From a virus: DNA of 64,000 nt. The translations under genes and the position numbers were made by a program. Positions 16,729 to 23,966 of this stretch are shown here, in pieces; within the stretch, counting starts at the first letter, position 1; each line of letters begins with the position of its first letter. A model generated the notes under the pieces. The model was not told the origin of the DNA. It saw only the letters and a list, made by a program, of their open reading frames with translations, and made no database searches. The stretch covers positions 64,001-128,000 of the IMG/VR virus record IMGVR_UViG_3300006802_000073; one strand, given 5' to 3'.

Positions 16729-16994
16729 TTTTCTCTCATTATTAGTCGGTCTTGGTTTTTTTCAAGGCATGTGTCGCAGACAAAAATATTCAAAGTAGAT
16801 CCATCCATTGGATCAAAATAAGTAGAACCATAATGGCCCAAGCTCGAAAAGTGAACAGCACCACTGGGCTGTAGATTTTCATCAAACACTTTTTCTAACT
16901 TTTTATTACAACAAATACAAAACATTTCGCTCTCATCGTGAATTTCATGAAATGTTTTTGATACACTTTCCAAAGAATCTACTAAATCGTTCAT
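16725..16994 (-). CDS. chimeric hypothetical protein (duplicated N-terminus plus Cys-rich domain)
   Basis: first 21 aa identical to ORF 17565-17939; CICC and CDTC motifs. Confidence 0.6.
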   Translation of the reverse strand: MNDLVDSLESVSKTFHEIHDESEMFCICCNKKLEKVFDENLQPSGAVHFSSLGHYGSTYFDPMDGSTLNIFVCDTCLEKNQDRLIMREK

Positions 16995-16999
16995 CTGTT
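16931..16999. repeat. exact 69-bp direct repeat, copy 1
   Basis: identical to 17876-17944. Confidence 0.95.
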
Positions 17000-17039
17000 C
17001 AAATTACATCAACGACCACATCATAGTCTTTTTCATCAT

Positions 17040-17306
17040 TCATTCTTCAACTCCGAAATCAGAAAGAATACCAAAATGATGGCGAATCAGATCGCCAGTG
17101 TCGGGGAGAACAAGACCTCCGAGTGCCTCGGCAAAAAAAACATACCGATCACGATTTGAGTCCGCAATTGAGGCACACTGCTCTACAATCTCCTCAACAA
17201 ACCGAAGAAGCTCACTCTCGGAGAACTCATAATACTGACAAGCCTGTCGTGCAATCTTTCGGCGACTCTGGTTGATCACCATGGGTAGGATCAGATCTTT
17301 ATCCAT
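17040..17306 (-). CDS. divergent MNERI-family paralog 2
   Basis: RFVEEIVEQCA resembles KFAELIVRECA; double ending HHFG...DFGVEE; visibly more GC-rich. Confidence 0.6.
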   Translation of the reverse strand: MDKDLILPMVINQSRRKIARQACQYYEFSESELLRFVEEIVEQCASIADSNRDRYVFFAEALGGLVLPDTGDLIRHHFGILSDFGVEE

Positions 17307-17352
17307 TACCACCACGTCCTGTGATTTTCCACCACATAATAATTAGTGCCCA

Positions 17353-17568
17353 TCAATTACTCTCCCACGCCCAATTAACAATAACCCAATCGTCGATGCA
17401 GTCCTGTATAGTATAGTTAGCATCAACATGCTCTTTGCCAAACTTTTTACACATCTCGTTATACCAATAAGGCCAATATTCTTTTCTGATATCTTCTTCT
17501 GATTTTGTTTCTACATAATCATCAATACCTGGTTCAGTTATATACTCATTATAAGAATAATATTTCAT
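17353..17568 (-). CDS. hypothetical protein
   Basis: MKYYSYNEY start with ATGA overlap. Confidence 0.65.
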   Translation of the reverse strand: MKYYSYNEYITEPGIDDYVETKSEEDIRKEYWPYWYNEMCKKFGKEHVDANYTIQDCIDDWVIVNWAWESN

Positions 17569-17939
17569 AGATTCAACTTCCAAAATTCCATTATCTTAGT
17601 TTCTATATCGTCTATTTTATTCTGTTTACAGAATTGAGTCAACAAGTGAGTATCATGATCTTCGGACATTATTGAATTATGAATTGTCAAATATCCAGCC
17701 ATTTGTGCTTGTGCATATGCTTCTGGTCCAAATTCAAAAACACTATATAATGTACCACGATAACTTCTTTGTTCTTCTATTTCCGCTTTGTAGATTCTTC
17801 GACTTACTGCACAAAAGACTTTTAACTGATCTTCTTTGGAAAGTGAATTCCAATATTGTTCTGATTCCTTTTCGATCTCATCGTGAATTTCATGAAATGT
17901 TTTTGATACACTTTCCAAAGAATCTACTAAATCGTTCAT
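17565..17939 (-). CDS. hypothetical protein
   Basis: 124-aa ORF, AGGAG RBS. Confidence 0.7.
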   Translation of the reverse strand: MNDLVDSLESVSKTFHEIHDEIEKESEQYWNSLSKEDQLKVFCAVSRRIYKAEIEEQRSYRGTLYSVFEFGPEAYAQAQMAGYLTIHNSIMSEDHDTHLLTQFCKQNKIDDIETKIMEFWKLNL

Positions 17940-17944
17940 CTGTT
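17876..17944. repeat. exact 69-bp direct repeat, copy 2
   Basis: identical to 16931-16999. Confidence 0.95.
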
Positions 17945-17956
17945 ATGTTTCTCCTT

Positions 17957-18220
17957 TCAACAAGTCACTTTCGTGGGACACTTTGGATTGTTACACACAT
18001 ATCCATTGACACCACTAATACCACAGACAGGACAACTACCATCCCATTTGAAAGGATTTTGTGGAATCACTGGCTGATTGATAGTCGGATCATTCAAATA
18101 ATCACGAACATCCATTAGCAGACGCATCACCTCTTGATGATCCATCAACTCAGGGTTGAACAAACCACCATTGGCAAGATACTCTGTAATACGATTCAAT
18201 AATTCATAACGATTGATCAT
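17957..18220 (-). CDS. hypothetical protein with C-terminal Cys cluster
   Basis: GGLFNPELMDH; CPVCG...CNNPKCP. Confidence 0.65.
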   Translation of the reverse strand: MINRYELLNRITEYLANGGLFNPELMDHQEVMRLLMDVRDYLNDPTINQPVIPQNPFKWDGSCPVCGISGVNGYVCNNPKCPTKVTC

Positions 18221-18438
18221 ACTTCAACTCCGAAATGTTTCTTAATTAAATCAAAAGCCTGACCACGACTGACCATATCACGCAACATAGGGCTTAATGC
18301 TACCCCACATTCCCGAACAATCAACTCGGCGAACTTGTGTATATGATCCATGTGGTGCCCAGGATTCAATTCGTTGGGGTTAGTTTTATACTTGAAACTA
18401 AAAACTTCTAACGCAAGTTCTTTAATTCGTTCGTTCAT
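18217..18438 (-). CDS. MNERI-family paralog 3
   Basis: MNERIKEL...KFAELIVREC...HFGVEV. Confidence 0.8.
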   Translation of the reverse strand: MNERIKELALEVFSFKYKTNPNELNPGHHMDHIHKFAELIVRECGVALSPMLRDMVSRGQAFDLIKKHFGVEV

Positions 18439-18716
18439 TTCTCAATCCAATTATAAAAGTTTACAACTTCATCTACACTATTCGCCCAACGATCAAACTC
18501 TTTCAATGGGCAACTTACATCTACATAAAACTCACCAATAGCACCCCACCAACGAAAACGGTATGCCCGCCCTTTATAATGGCTTACAGAACCATACTTG
18601 AAGAAATCACGACCAATATTATGTCCACGCTTCTTCAGAAAGGTCTTGAACTGACTTGGGCTCATTCCCCATAACTGATCACGAGAGGGACGCTTGGCTT
18701 TGTATTTGAATTTCAT
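18435..18716 (-). CDS. basic hypothetical protein
   Basis: start codon lies inside the 3' constant block of paralog 4. Confidence 0.65.
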   Translation of the reverse strand: MKFKYKAKRPSRDQLWGMSPSQFKTFLKKRGHNIGRDFFKYGSVSHYKGRAYRFRWWGAIGEFYVDVSCPLKEFDRWANSVDEVVNFYNWIEK

Positions 18717-18952
18717 TCTTCAACTCCGAAATATTCTTTTACCTTCAGTGATGCGTGTTTATAGTAGTTGTGGCGTCCGTAGTCTGGAAACTCGTCGAGC
18801 ATTTTGGCGCATTCCCGAACAATCAACTCAGCGAACTTTTCTAAACATTCTTCATCAGCATGACCGGATAAGAAATAGTGTCGTGGTGTTTCATGTTCCA
18901 CATAGTTCAGCATACCCGAGTCTAACCCAAGTTTAAGAATTCGTTTGTTCAT
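18713..18952 (-). CDS. MNERI-family paralog 4
   Basis: MNKRILKL...KFAELIVRECA...YFGVEE. Confidence 0.8.
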   Translation of the reverse strand: MNKRILKLGLDSGMLNYVEHETPRHYFLSGHADEECLEKFAELIVRECAKMLDEFPDYGRHNYYKHASLKVKEYFGVEE

Positions 18953-19140
18953 TCTTCAACTCCAAAGTGTTCTAATAGTTCCCTGGCGTGAAATTCGCCA
19001 TCCTTAAATGGCGAGTTGTAATTAACTTTGGCGCATTCCCGAACAATCAACTCGGCGAACTCTTGCTTATCTTCTTCGGTCCAAAGTAGACCGCGAAACC
19101 CATTTTGGGTCTGAATCAGTTCAAAAATTCGTTCGTTCAT
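18949..19140 (-). CDS. MNERI-family paralog 5
   Basis: MNERIFEL...EFAELIVRECA...HFGVEE; first gene after promoter 19167. Confidence 0.8.
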   Translation of the reverse strand: MNERIFELIQTQNGFRGLLWTEEDKQEFAELIVRECAKVNYNSPFKDGEFHARELLEHFGVEE

Positions 19141-19166
19141 AACAATTCCTTATTCAATATATTAAT

Positions 19167-19195
19167 ATTATACAAGCATTTTACTTAAATGTCAA
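19167..19195 (-). promoter_or_regulatory. sigma70-type early promoter (17-bp spacer)
   Basis: TTGACA-N17-TATAAT. Confidence 0.8.
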
Positions 19196-19389
19196 GTCTT
19201 AAATAATGGAAGTGCTTTTTCATAAAACTCATTAACATTCAATTCTGGAAACTTCATTAAAGCATTATTCCATCTCCATTGTATGGTATCCCAATGTTCT
19301 AATACTCTATCTCTATTAATTCTAAAAACACCTAAATTTGTGTTGAAATGAACATGCTGAACTAAACACATAAAATTGATCTCTACCAT
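19192..19389 (-). CDS. hypothetical protein
   Basis: overlapping ORF chain. Confidence 0.55.
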   Translation of the reverse strand: MVEINFMCLVQHVHFNTNLGVFRINRDRVLEHWDTIQWRWNNALMKFPELNVNEFYEKALPLFKT

Positions 19390-19577
19390 TCGTTTGTTCC
19401 TACAACATTCGTAGTCACAGTCACAAGCTCATCCTTAATTCTATAAGGAAATTCAATATCGAGAGTGTAAGCTATACCACTTGTATCATGTTTGATGATT
19501 GTAAAACTGTCTACTTCATATTTGTCCAGTTTTTCCACCAAACATCTAATATCATTTCTATTAAGAATCATTCTCAT
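19383..19577 (-). CDS. hypothetical protein
   Basis: GAGGA RBS. Confidence 0.6.
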   Translation of the reverse strand: MRMILNRNDIRCLVEKLDKYEVDSFTIIKHDTSGIAYTLDIEFPYRIKDELVTVTTNVVGTNEW

Positions 19578-19594
19578 TTTAATTCCTCACATAA

Positions 19595-19672
19595 TGGCAC
19601 GGCTGGAGGGACTCGAACCCCCGACCCCGAGCTTAGAAGGCTCGTGCTACTTTCCAACTGAGCTACAGCCGT
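19595..19672 (-). tRNA. tRNA-Arg(UCU)
   Basis: cloverleaf; CGAGC-CTTCTAA-GCTCG anticodon arm, TTCGAGT T-loop, encoded CCA. Confidence 0.9.
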
Positions 19673-19683
19673 ATTATATCCAA

Positions 19684-19712
19684 ATAGTAACATATTTTGA
19701 CGGTGGTGTCAA
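19684..19712 (-). promoter_or_regulatory. sigma70-type promoter for tRNA-Arg
   Basis: TTGACA-N17-TACTAT. Confidence 0.65.
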
Positions 19713-19719
19713 GAAATTT

Positions 19720-20481
19720 TTAAACTTTTCTTTCTATATCTTCTTCTATACAATCTTCACCAAATTGAATTTCTATAACTTTAAGTGGAATATCTTGTGA
19801 TGTATTACGAAGTTTATGCCATGTCCCCACCGCAATATTAATAAAAGAATGTGGATAAAGATATACAGATTTAAAATTATTTTCTGTCTCTAAATCTACA
19901 CAACCAACACCTGAAACAATATGCCAATATTCACTACGTTTAAAATGCCTTTGCATAGATAGTGAACATTGAGGATTCACTACTAATTCTTTTGTCTTGG
20001 TTCCTGGCTGAGAATCTAATACACGATAATAACCCCAATCTCTAAATGTTTTTGGATTTTTCCATTCTTCTAGAATCCAGCTCGAGGAATTTCGTTTGTT
20101 TTCTCCTCCAACTCCAAAAACAAATTCTAAGTTATTATCCTGTATATCCATTTCCGGAATATTATCTTTTGTACGATCTCCTCCATTTACAAAAATGATT
20201 TTATCTTGTGGATAAGATTGTCTTACCATATGAATTACATTTTTCGCTGAGTTATCAGAATCATCAAATCCAATAACATAACCGGTACAACTTAAACCTT
20301 TAAGAACTGCCTGTCGTTCTAAAAACGGCATAAAAGAACGACCTTTTTTTCTAGTTAACCAAGCATCAGAATTTAAACCGATGATTAATCTGTCACCTAG
20401 TTGTCTTGCAGCTTCAAGATATTTTATATGACCAGAATGTAAAGGATCAAATCCACCAGTTGCAATTACAATAGTATTCAT
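19720..20481 (-). CDS. cytidylyltransferase-like domain fused to cupin (type II PMI-like)
   Basis: TGGFDPLHSGH, NGGDR; RDWGYYRVL, LSMQRHFKRSEYW, IEIQFGEDCIEEDIER. Confidence 0.85.
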   Translation of the reverse strand: MNTIVIATGGFDPLHSGHIKYLEAARQLGDRLIIGLNSDAWLTRKKGRSFMPFLERQAVLKGLSCTGYVIGFDDSDNSAKNVIHMVRQSYPQDKIIFVNGGDRTKDNIPEMDIQDNNLEFVFGVGGENKRNSSSWILEEWKNPKTFRDWGYYRVLDSQPGTKTKELVVNPQCSLSMQRHFKRSEYWHIVSGVGCVDLETENNFKSVYLYPHSFINIAVGTWHKLRNTSQDIPLKVIEIQFGEDCIEEDIERKV

Positions 20482-20482
20482 A

Positions 20483-20767
20483 CTAAGATCCTTTCTTCTT
20501 TTTTGTTATTTTTTTAGATGCTTGTTTTCTTTTAATTACAGGTTTCTTAGTTTCTACAGGTAGTACAGGTTTAATGATTGGATGTAGTTGGTTTTTAATT
20601 TGAGTTTCTACGTTAGCGATTTCTTGTACTGAAATTTTATTTTTAAACAGTAAAAAGTGATATTTTACTTTCATTAAACGTAAATATTGAATCTCCTCAA
20701 TCATTTCTTCTAATGTAAGAGAGAACCCATAATCATCAGTCCATAAGATTTCTTTATTTTTCTTCAT
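20483..20767 (-). CDS. hypothetical protein
   Basis: ORF overlapping upstream gene. Confidence 0.5.
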   Translation of the reverse strand: MKKNKEILWTDDYGFSLTLEEMIEEIQYLRLMKVKYHFLLFKNKISVQEIANVETQIKNQLHPIIKPVLPVETKKPVIKRKQASKKITKKKKGS

Positions 20768-20939
20768 CGTTAATTAAACACTCTTCTGTTGATAATATAT
20801 CTTGATACTCGTTTTTTAGTATTTGTTCTTCATATGTTGTTTCTTTTTTGCGAAAGATTCTATCATAATTGTTTCTATATGCATCAGTTACTGTTTTTGT
20901 TTTTATTTCATCGCCAGTTATATCATTTTTTGTTGCCAT
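20754..20939 (-). CDS. conserved small phage protein (start MATKNDITGD)
   Basis: NDITGDEIKTK...YRNNYDRIF; the longer track ORF overlaps tRNA-Leu. Confidence 0.65.
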   Translation of the reverse strand: MATKNDITGDEIKTKTVTDAYRNNYDRIFRKKETTYEEQILKNEYQDILSTEECLINDEEK

Positions 20940-20957
20940 ATACTGACCTTTTAAATT

Positions 20958-21042
20958 TGGTGCGCGGAGCGGGATTCGAACCCGCAAGGCCTTAAGCCGT
21001 CAGATTTTAAGTCTGATGTGTAAACCGTTCCACCACCCGCGC
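20958..21042 (-). tRNA. tRNA-Leu(UAA)
   Basis: TCAGA-CTTAAAA-TCTGA, long variable arm, TTCGAAT, CCA. Confidence 0.93.
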
Positions 21043-21073
21043 TTGTAAAAAATTATTTATTTTTACCTCTTTT

Positions 21074-21149
21074 TGGTCTCTCTGCCTGGATTTGAACCAG
21101 GACCTCTACGTCCCAAACGTAGAACGCTACCGGATTACGCCACAGAGAG
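21074..21149 (-). tRNA. tRNA-Pro(UGG)
   Basis: CTACG-TTTGGGA-CGTAG, TTCAAAT, CCA. Confidence 0.92.
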
Positions 21150-21167
21150 TTTTCTGAGTTATCGAGT

Positions 21168-21428
21168 ATAAGTGCTTCTTTCCCGCGGCGGTAACTATAG
21201 CGCATCAGAAACCGCGTAGTCGCAATCCCATCACGCACGCCCCATCCGCTTCACGACCGGGAAAGATTTTCGCATTGCCAGCGTCAGTTAGGTTGGACTG
21301 CGGTTTTCACCGGAGCAGATTCTCCATTCCCATTACTAGGAGTAGGCACTTGCTCAAACCACCCGTAGGTATCATCCTACTTCTCATCGTGCGGGTCACA
21401 CTAGCTGTTGATTAGACAGCACGTTCGT
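21168..21428 (-). ncRNA. candidate structured ncRNA (~260 nt, family unknown)
   Basis: GC-rich, no credible ORF, many helices including GNRA-capped hairpins and a 9-bp long-range helix (21177-21185 with 21258-21266). Confidence 0.65.
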
Positions 21429-21439
21429 CTATAACAATT

Positions 21440-21562
21440 CTATTTCCAAAAGAATCCTATAATAAATCCTGTTATTTTTAATAACTTTCTTTTAATCTTA
21501 CGTCTAAATAATGATCCTAAATCTCTACTACGTTGAAATTCTTTTCTTAATAAACTATTCAT
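21440..21562 (-). CDS. possible 40-aa basic peptide
   Basis: MNSLLRKEFQRSRDLGSLFRRKIKRKLLKITGFIIGFFWK*; no clear RBS. Confidence 0.3.
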   Translation of the reverse strand: MNSLLRKEFQRSRDLGSLFRRKIKRKLLKITGFIIGFFWK

Positions 21563-21579
21563 ATATTCAAATAAAATTT

Positions 21580-21622
21580 TGGTGGGTTCACTTGGGATTG
21601 AACCAGTGACCCAGTTGAACCT
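21580..21622 (-). pseudogene. tRNA remnant (acceptor stem plus T-loop plus CCA only)
   Basis: GGTTCA...GGTTCAATCC...TGAACCCACCA; no D or anticodon arm. Confidence 0.55.
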
Positions 21623-21629
21623 TCTTTAC

Positions 21630-21706
21630 TGGTGCCCCGTCAGAGACTTGAACTCTGCCTTATCCGTTATGAGCGGATTACTCTCGACCAGGTGAGTTAC
21701 CAGGGC
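21630..21706 (-). tRNA. tRNA-Met or Ile2 (CAU)
   Basis: ATCCG-CTCATAA-CGGAT, TTCAAGT, CCA. Confidence 0.85.
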
Positions 21707-21718
21707 ATTATTTTTAAT

Positions 21719-21755
21719 TCTTGAGTCCGCTGCTTTACCATTAAGCTATAGACCC
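21719..21755 (-). pseudogene. tRNA 5'-half remnant
   Basis: GGGTCTA-TA-GCTT-AATGGTA-AAGC-A-GCGGA-CTCA, then breaks off. Confidence 0.65.
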
Positions 21756-21765
21756 GATAAATCTA

Positions 21766-22101
21766 TTATAACAGAATTTTCTTAGCTTTGTCAAGTGTTA
21801 TCTTTAAGTTATAATCTTTTACAAGATACTTTGCAAAAAGAGTTCTTCTATTAGCAGGGCAATGTTTTAATTGTTCTTTATATGCTTCTACTTCACAATT
21901 AAGTCTATACTTTTCACTAAAAAGATACATAATACCATGAAAAAGAGGATTTTTCCACCATTGCTTAACATGAATCTTTTCATGCTCTAATAGTCCAATG
22001 TCATCTTTATATTCTGGACGAATGAAGATAAAAGGTCCTCTTGTAGTACCAGCAGAATTTTTCAAAACAAATAAATTTGTGTAAAAAACTTTATAAAACA
22101 C
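21766..22101 (-). CDS. HExxH-containing hypothetical protein
   Basis: GPFIFIR...LLEHEKIHVKQW...EVEAY. Confidence 0.65.
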   Translation of the reverse strand: MFYKVFYTNLFVLKNSAGTTRGPFIFIRPEYKDDIGLLEHEKIHVKQWWKNPLFHGIMYLFSEKYRLNCEVEAYKEQLKHCPANRRTLFAKYLVKDYNLKITLDKAKKILL

Positions 22102-22116
22102 AATTAATCTCCTTGT

Positions 22117-22680
22117 TTAAAATAATGTTTCTTCTCTATTAAAAAATGTTGGTGAACGTACAAATTTAAATGTTTCTACAGATTCACTAAATTCAAAAGA
22201 TCTATGCCCCCTCATTGCAGTATGAAATTCTCCTGCTCTATTAGCATGGAATGTTCCAACATCATGAATTTTATTCAATCCTGGAAATCCGTCTTTTCTT
22301 GTTCCATGCAACTTTGCGTTTAAATCTGTTGATGATTTATGAAGAATGGAATCTTGATTATAATGTTTTCCATGTTTTTTCAAAAAAGACAATAACTCCC
22401 CTTTATCATCACCTTTCTTACCGATAACTAGAAAAGAATCTTCATCTACTGCTTTTGCATTTTTGGTGCCATGGTTCTCTATGTATCGACCTTTTACTTT
22501 AATAAAACCATAACCTGCTGTTTTTATATGATTTTCCAATTCTTTGTTATTAGATTGATTTTCTTTAGAAGTATTCTCACCTCTATGTGCAGTTATCATA
22601 CCTATATTTCTGTTTTTAACATGAGAATTTACACGAGATAAACTCGATTCATGTAAAAGATCTGCTACTTTTTTAGTCAT
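22117..22680 (-). CDS. conserved T4-superfamily hypothetical protein
   Basis: ESSLSRV...IGMITAHRG...GRYIEN...YNQDSIL. Confidence 0.7.
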   Translation of the reverse strand: MTKKVADLLHESSLSRVNSHVKNRNIGMITAHRGENTSKENQSNNKELENHIKTAGYGFIKVKGRYIENHGTKNAKAVDEDSFLVIGKKGDDKGELLSFLKKHGKHYNQDSILHKSSTDLNAKLHGTRKDGFPGLNKIHDVGTFHANRAGEFHTAMRGHRSFEFSESVETFKFVRSPTFFNREETLF

Positions 22681-22696
22681 TTAAATTCCTTTAAAA

Positions 22697-22771
22697 TGGT
22701 GCTCCCAGACCGACTTGCACGATCCTCACTGGGTTACAAATCCAGGTCAGCGCTTTCTCTGAGTTAGGAGC
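22697..22771 (-). tRNA. atypical tRNA-Thr(UGU)
   Basis: GCTCCTA/TGGGAGC acceptor, loop TTTGTAA, CCA; non-canonical D-loop and T-loop (TGCAAGT). Confidence 0.65.
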
Positions 22772-22778
22772 TATATAT

Positions 22779-23204
22779 CTATATATATTCGTAATTAACT
22801 GTTGTCTCATTATCTTTTAATAAAATAGCACCATTTCTTAAATGAAATCTCTTCGCCAGCTCAGTTTTTGGACTCAAAGTTACAAATCTATTCACCGATG
22901 GAAATTGTTCATGTATAAAGTTTATAGTTTCAAATAATAATTTCCTCGCAGCTCCCGGTACATAACTCCATATAGTATAAAATACTGCTGTAGTTTCTTC
23001 TTCATCCGCCTCTAATTCTTCTACAGTCACAGGAACATGATTCAATAAACTCACACATACTATAGCAGATGGGGTTTCTTCACCCAATACACATACAAAT
23101 CTATGTTTACTTACTCTAAAATCTTTTGAAATTTCTGGGCGAACAGGATCATCTTTTATATATTCCATAAAAGGGTTTTCTATATTTTTAATAATAGTAA
23201 TCAT
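22779..23204 (-). CDS. GNAT-like hypothetical protein
   Basis: AVFYTIWSY..GAARKLL...FVTLSP...AKRFHLRNGA. Confidence 0.6.
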   Translation of the reverse strand: MITIIKNIENPFMEYIKDDPVRPEISKDFRVSKHRFVCVLGEETPSAIVCVSLLNHVPVTVEELEADEEETTAVFYTIWSYVPGAARKLLFETINFIHEQFPSVNRFVTLSPKTELAKRFHLRNGAILLKDNETTVNYEYI

Positions 23205-23209
23205 ACTAT

Positions 23210-23217
23210 TATTTATA
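23210..23217 (-). promoter_or_regulatory. T4-type late promoter (transcript would be near-leaderless)
   Basis: TATAAATA 5 nt before ATG 23204. Confidence 0.55.
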
Positions 23218-23221
23218 TTTT

Positions 23222-23788
23222 TTACGTACTTTTTTGTTTAGATCTTGAATAATCTGGTAAAAAATCTGAAAGAAATTTCATCTGATCATGCAATATACTT
23301 CTATTCTGTAATATTAATCCTTCAGCTCTATCAGGAGTATATGGTATATATAATAATTGCATATTGCATTCTTCTAATAACATATCATCTTTATAAGAAT
23401 TGCATCGAGTACATGCAGTAACACAATTTGTCCAAGTATTAAGTCCACCTCTTGAAACCGGAACAATATGATCTTTTGTTAATCTGTTATCAGAATACTT
23501 TTTTCCGCAATAAGCACACAGATAAAGATCTCTTCTAAAAAGATTTCTATTACTTAATGTAGGAGTTCTACCTTTATAATAAAAATTAGTTTTAAGTGCA
23601 ATGATAGATGATATCTCAATTTTTGATTGAAGACCTGTTATTCTAGAAATTCCACCTCTAAACATAAAGTCTTTATCACCATATTCCCATGCAATCAAAC
23701 CTTTACATTTTAAAATAACTGCATCTTGCCATGGTAACCATGTATGAGGATATCCTCCTTTATTCAAAGCTAAAATGAGATTTTGCAT
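23222..23788 (-). CDS. HNH endonuclease (McrA-like)
   Basis: NLFRRDLYLCAYCG...TKDHIVPVSRGG...WTNCVTACTRCN. Confidence 0.9.
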   Translation of the reverse strand: MQNLILALNKGGYPHTWLPWQDAVILKCKGLIAWEYGDKDFMFRGGISRITGLQSKIEISSIIALKTNFYYKGRTPTLSNRNLFRRDLYLCAYCGKKYSDNRLTKDHIVPVSRGGLNTWTNCVTACTRCNSYKDDMLLEECNMQLLYIPYTPDRAEGLILQNRSILHDQMKFLSDFLPDYSRSKQKST

Positions 23789-23806
23789 CTTCTTTTTCTA
23801 TAAAAT

Positions 23807-23901
23807 TGGTCCTCCCAGTAGGATTCGAACCTACGACCTCACGCCTATCTAGCGCTAATACTGGGTATAAACCAGCTGCTCTACCGCTGAGCTATAGGAG
23901 G
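23807..23901 (-). tRNA. tRNA-Ile(UAU) with extra arm
   Basis: GCTGG-TTTATAC-CCAGT, 25-nt variable region, TTCGAAT, CCA. Confidence 0.8.
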
Positions 23902-23920
23902 GATTAATTAATTCTCTATC

Positions 23921-23948
23921 ATTATATATGATCTAGCAAAAATGTCAA
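23921..23948 (-). promoter_or_regulatory. sigma70-type promoter for tRNA region (16-bp spacer)
   Basis: TTGACA-TTTTTGCTAGATCATA-TATAAT. Confidence 0.8.
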
Positions 23949-23966
23949 GAACAAATTTAACTTTTT

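Noticed and set aside
16525-19140. Repeated blocks as a CRISPR array or diversity-generating retroelement
   Set aside because: There are three different blocks, irregularly spaced and in coding frame; no reverse transcriptase in the window and no adenine-specific TR/VR pair.
19492-21238. Track ORFs 19492-19800(+), 20789-20995(+), 21053-21238(-) and the 5' extension of 20754-20987
   Set aside because: They overlap tRNA genes or the structured RNA and lack an RBS.
23841-23860. Extra arm of tRNA-Ile(UAU) as a second (GAU) anticodon arm
   Set aside because: The 7-nt loop is centred on GAU but lacks U33, and the stem is only 4 bp; suggestive but unsupported.
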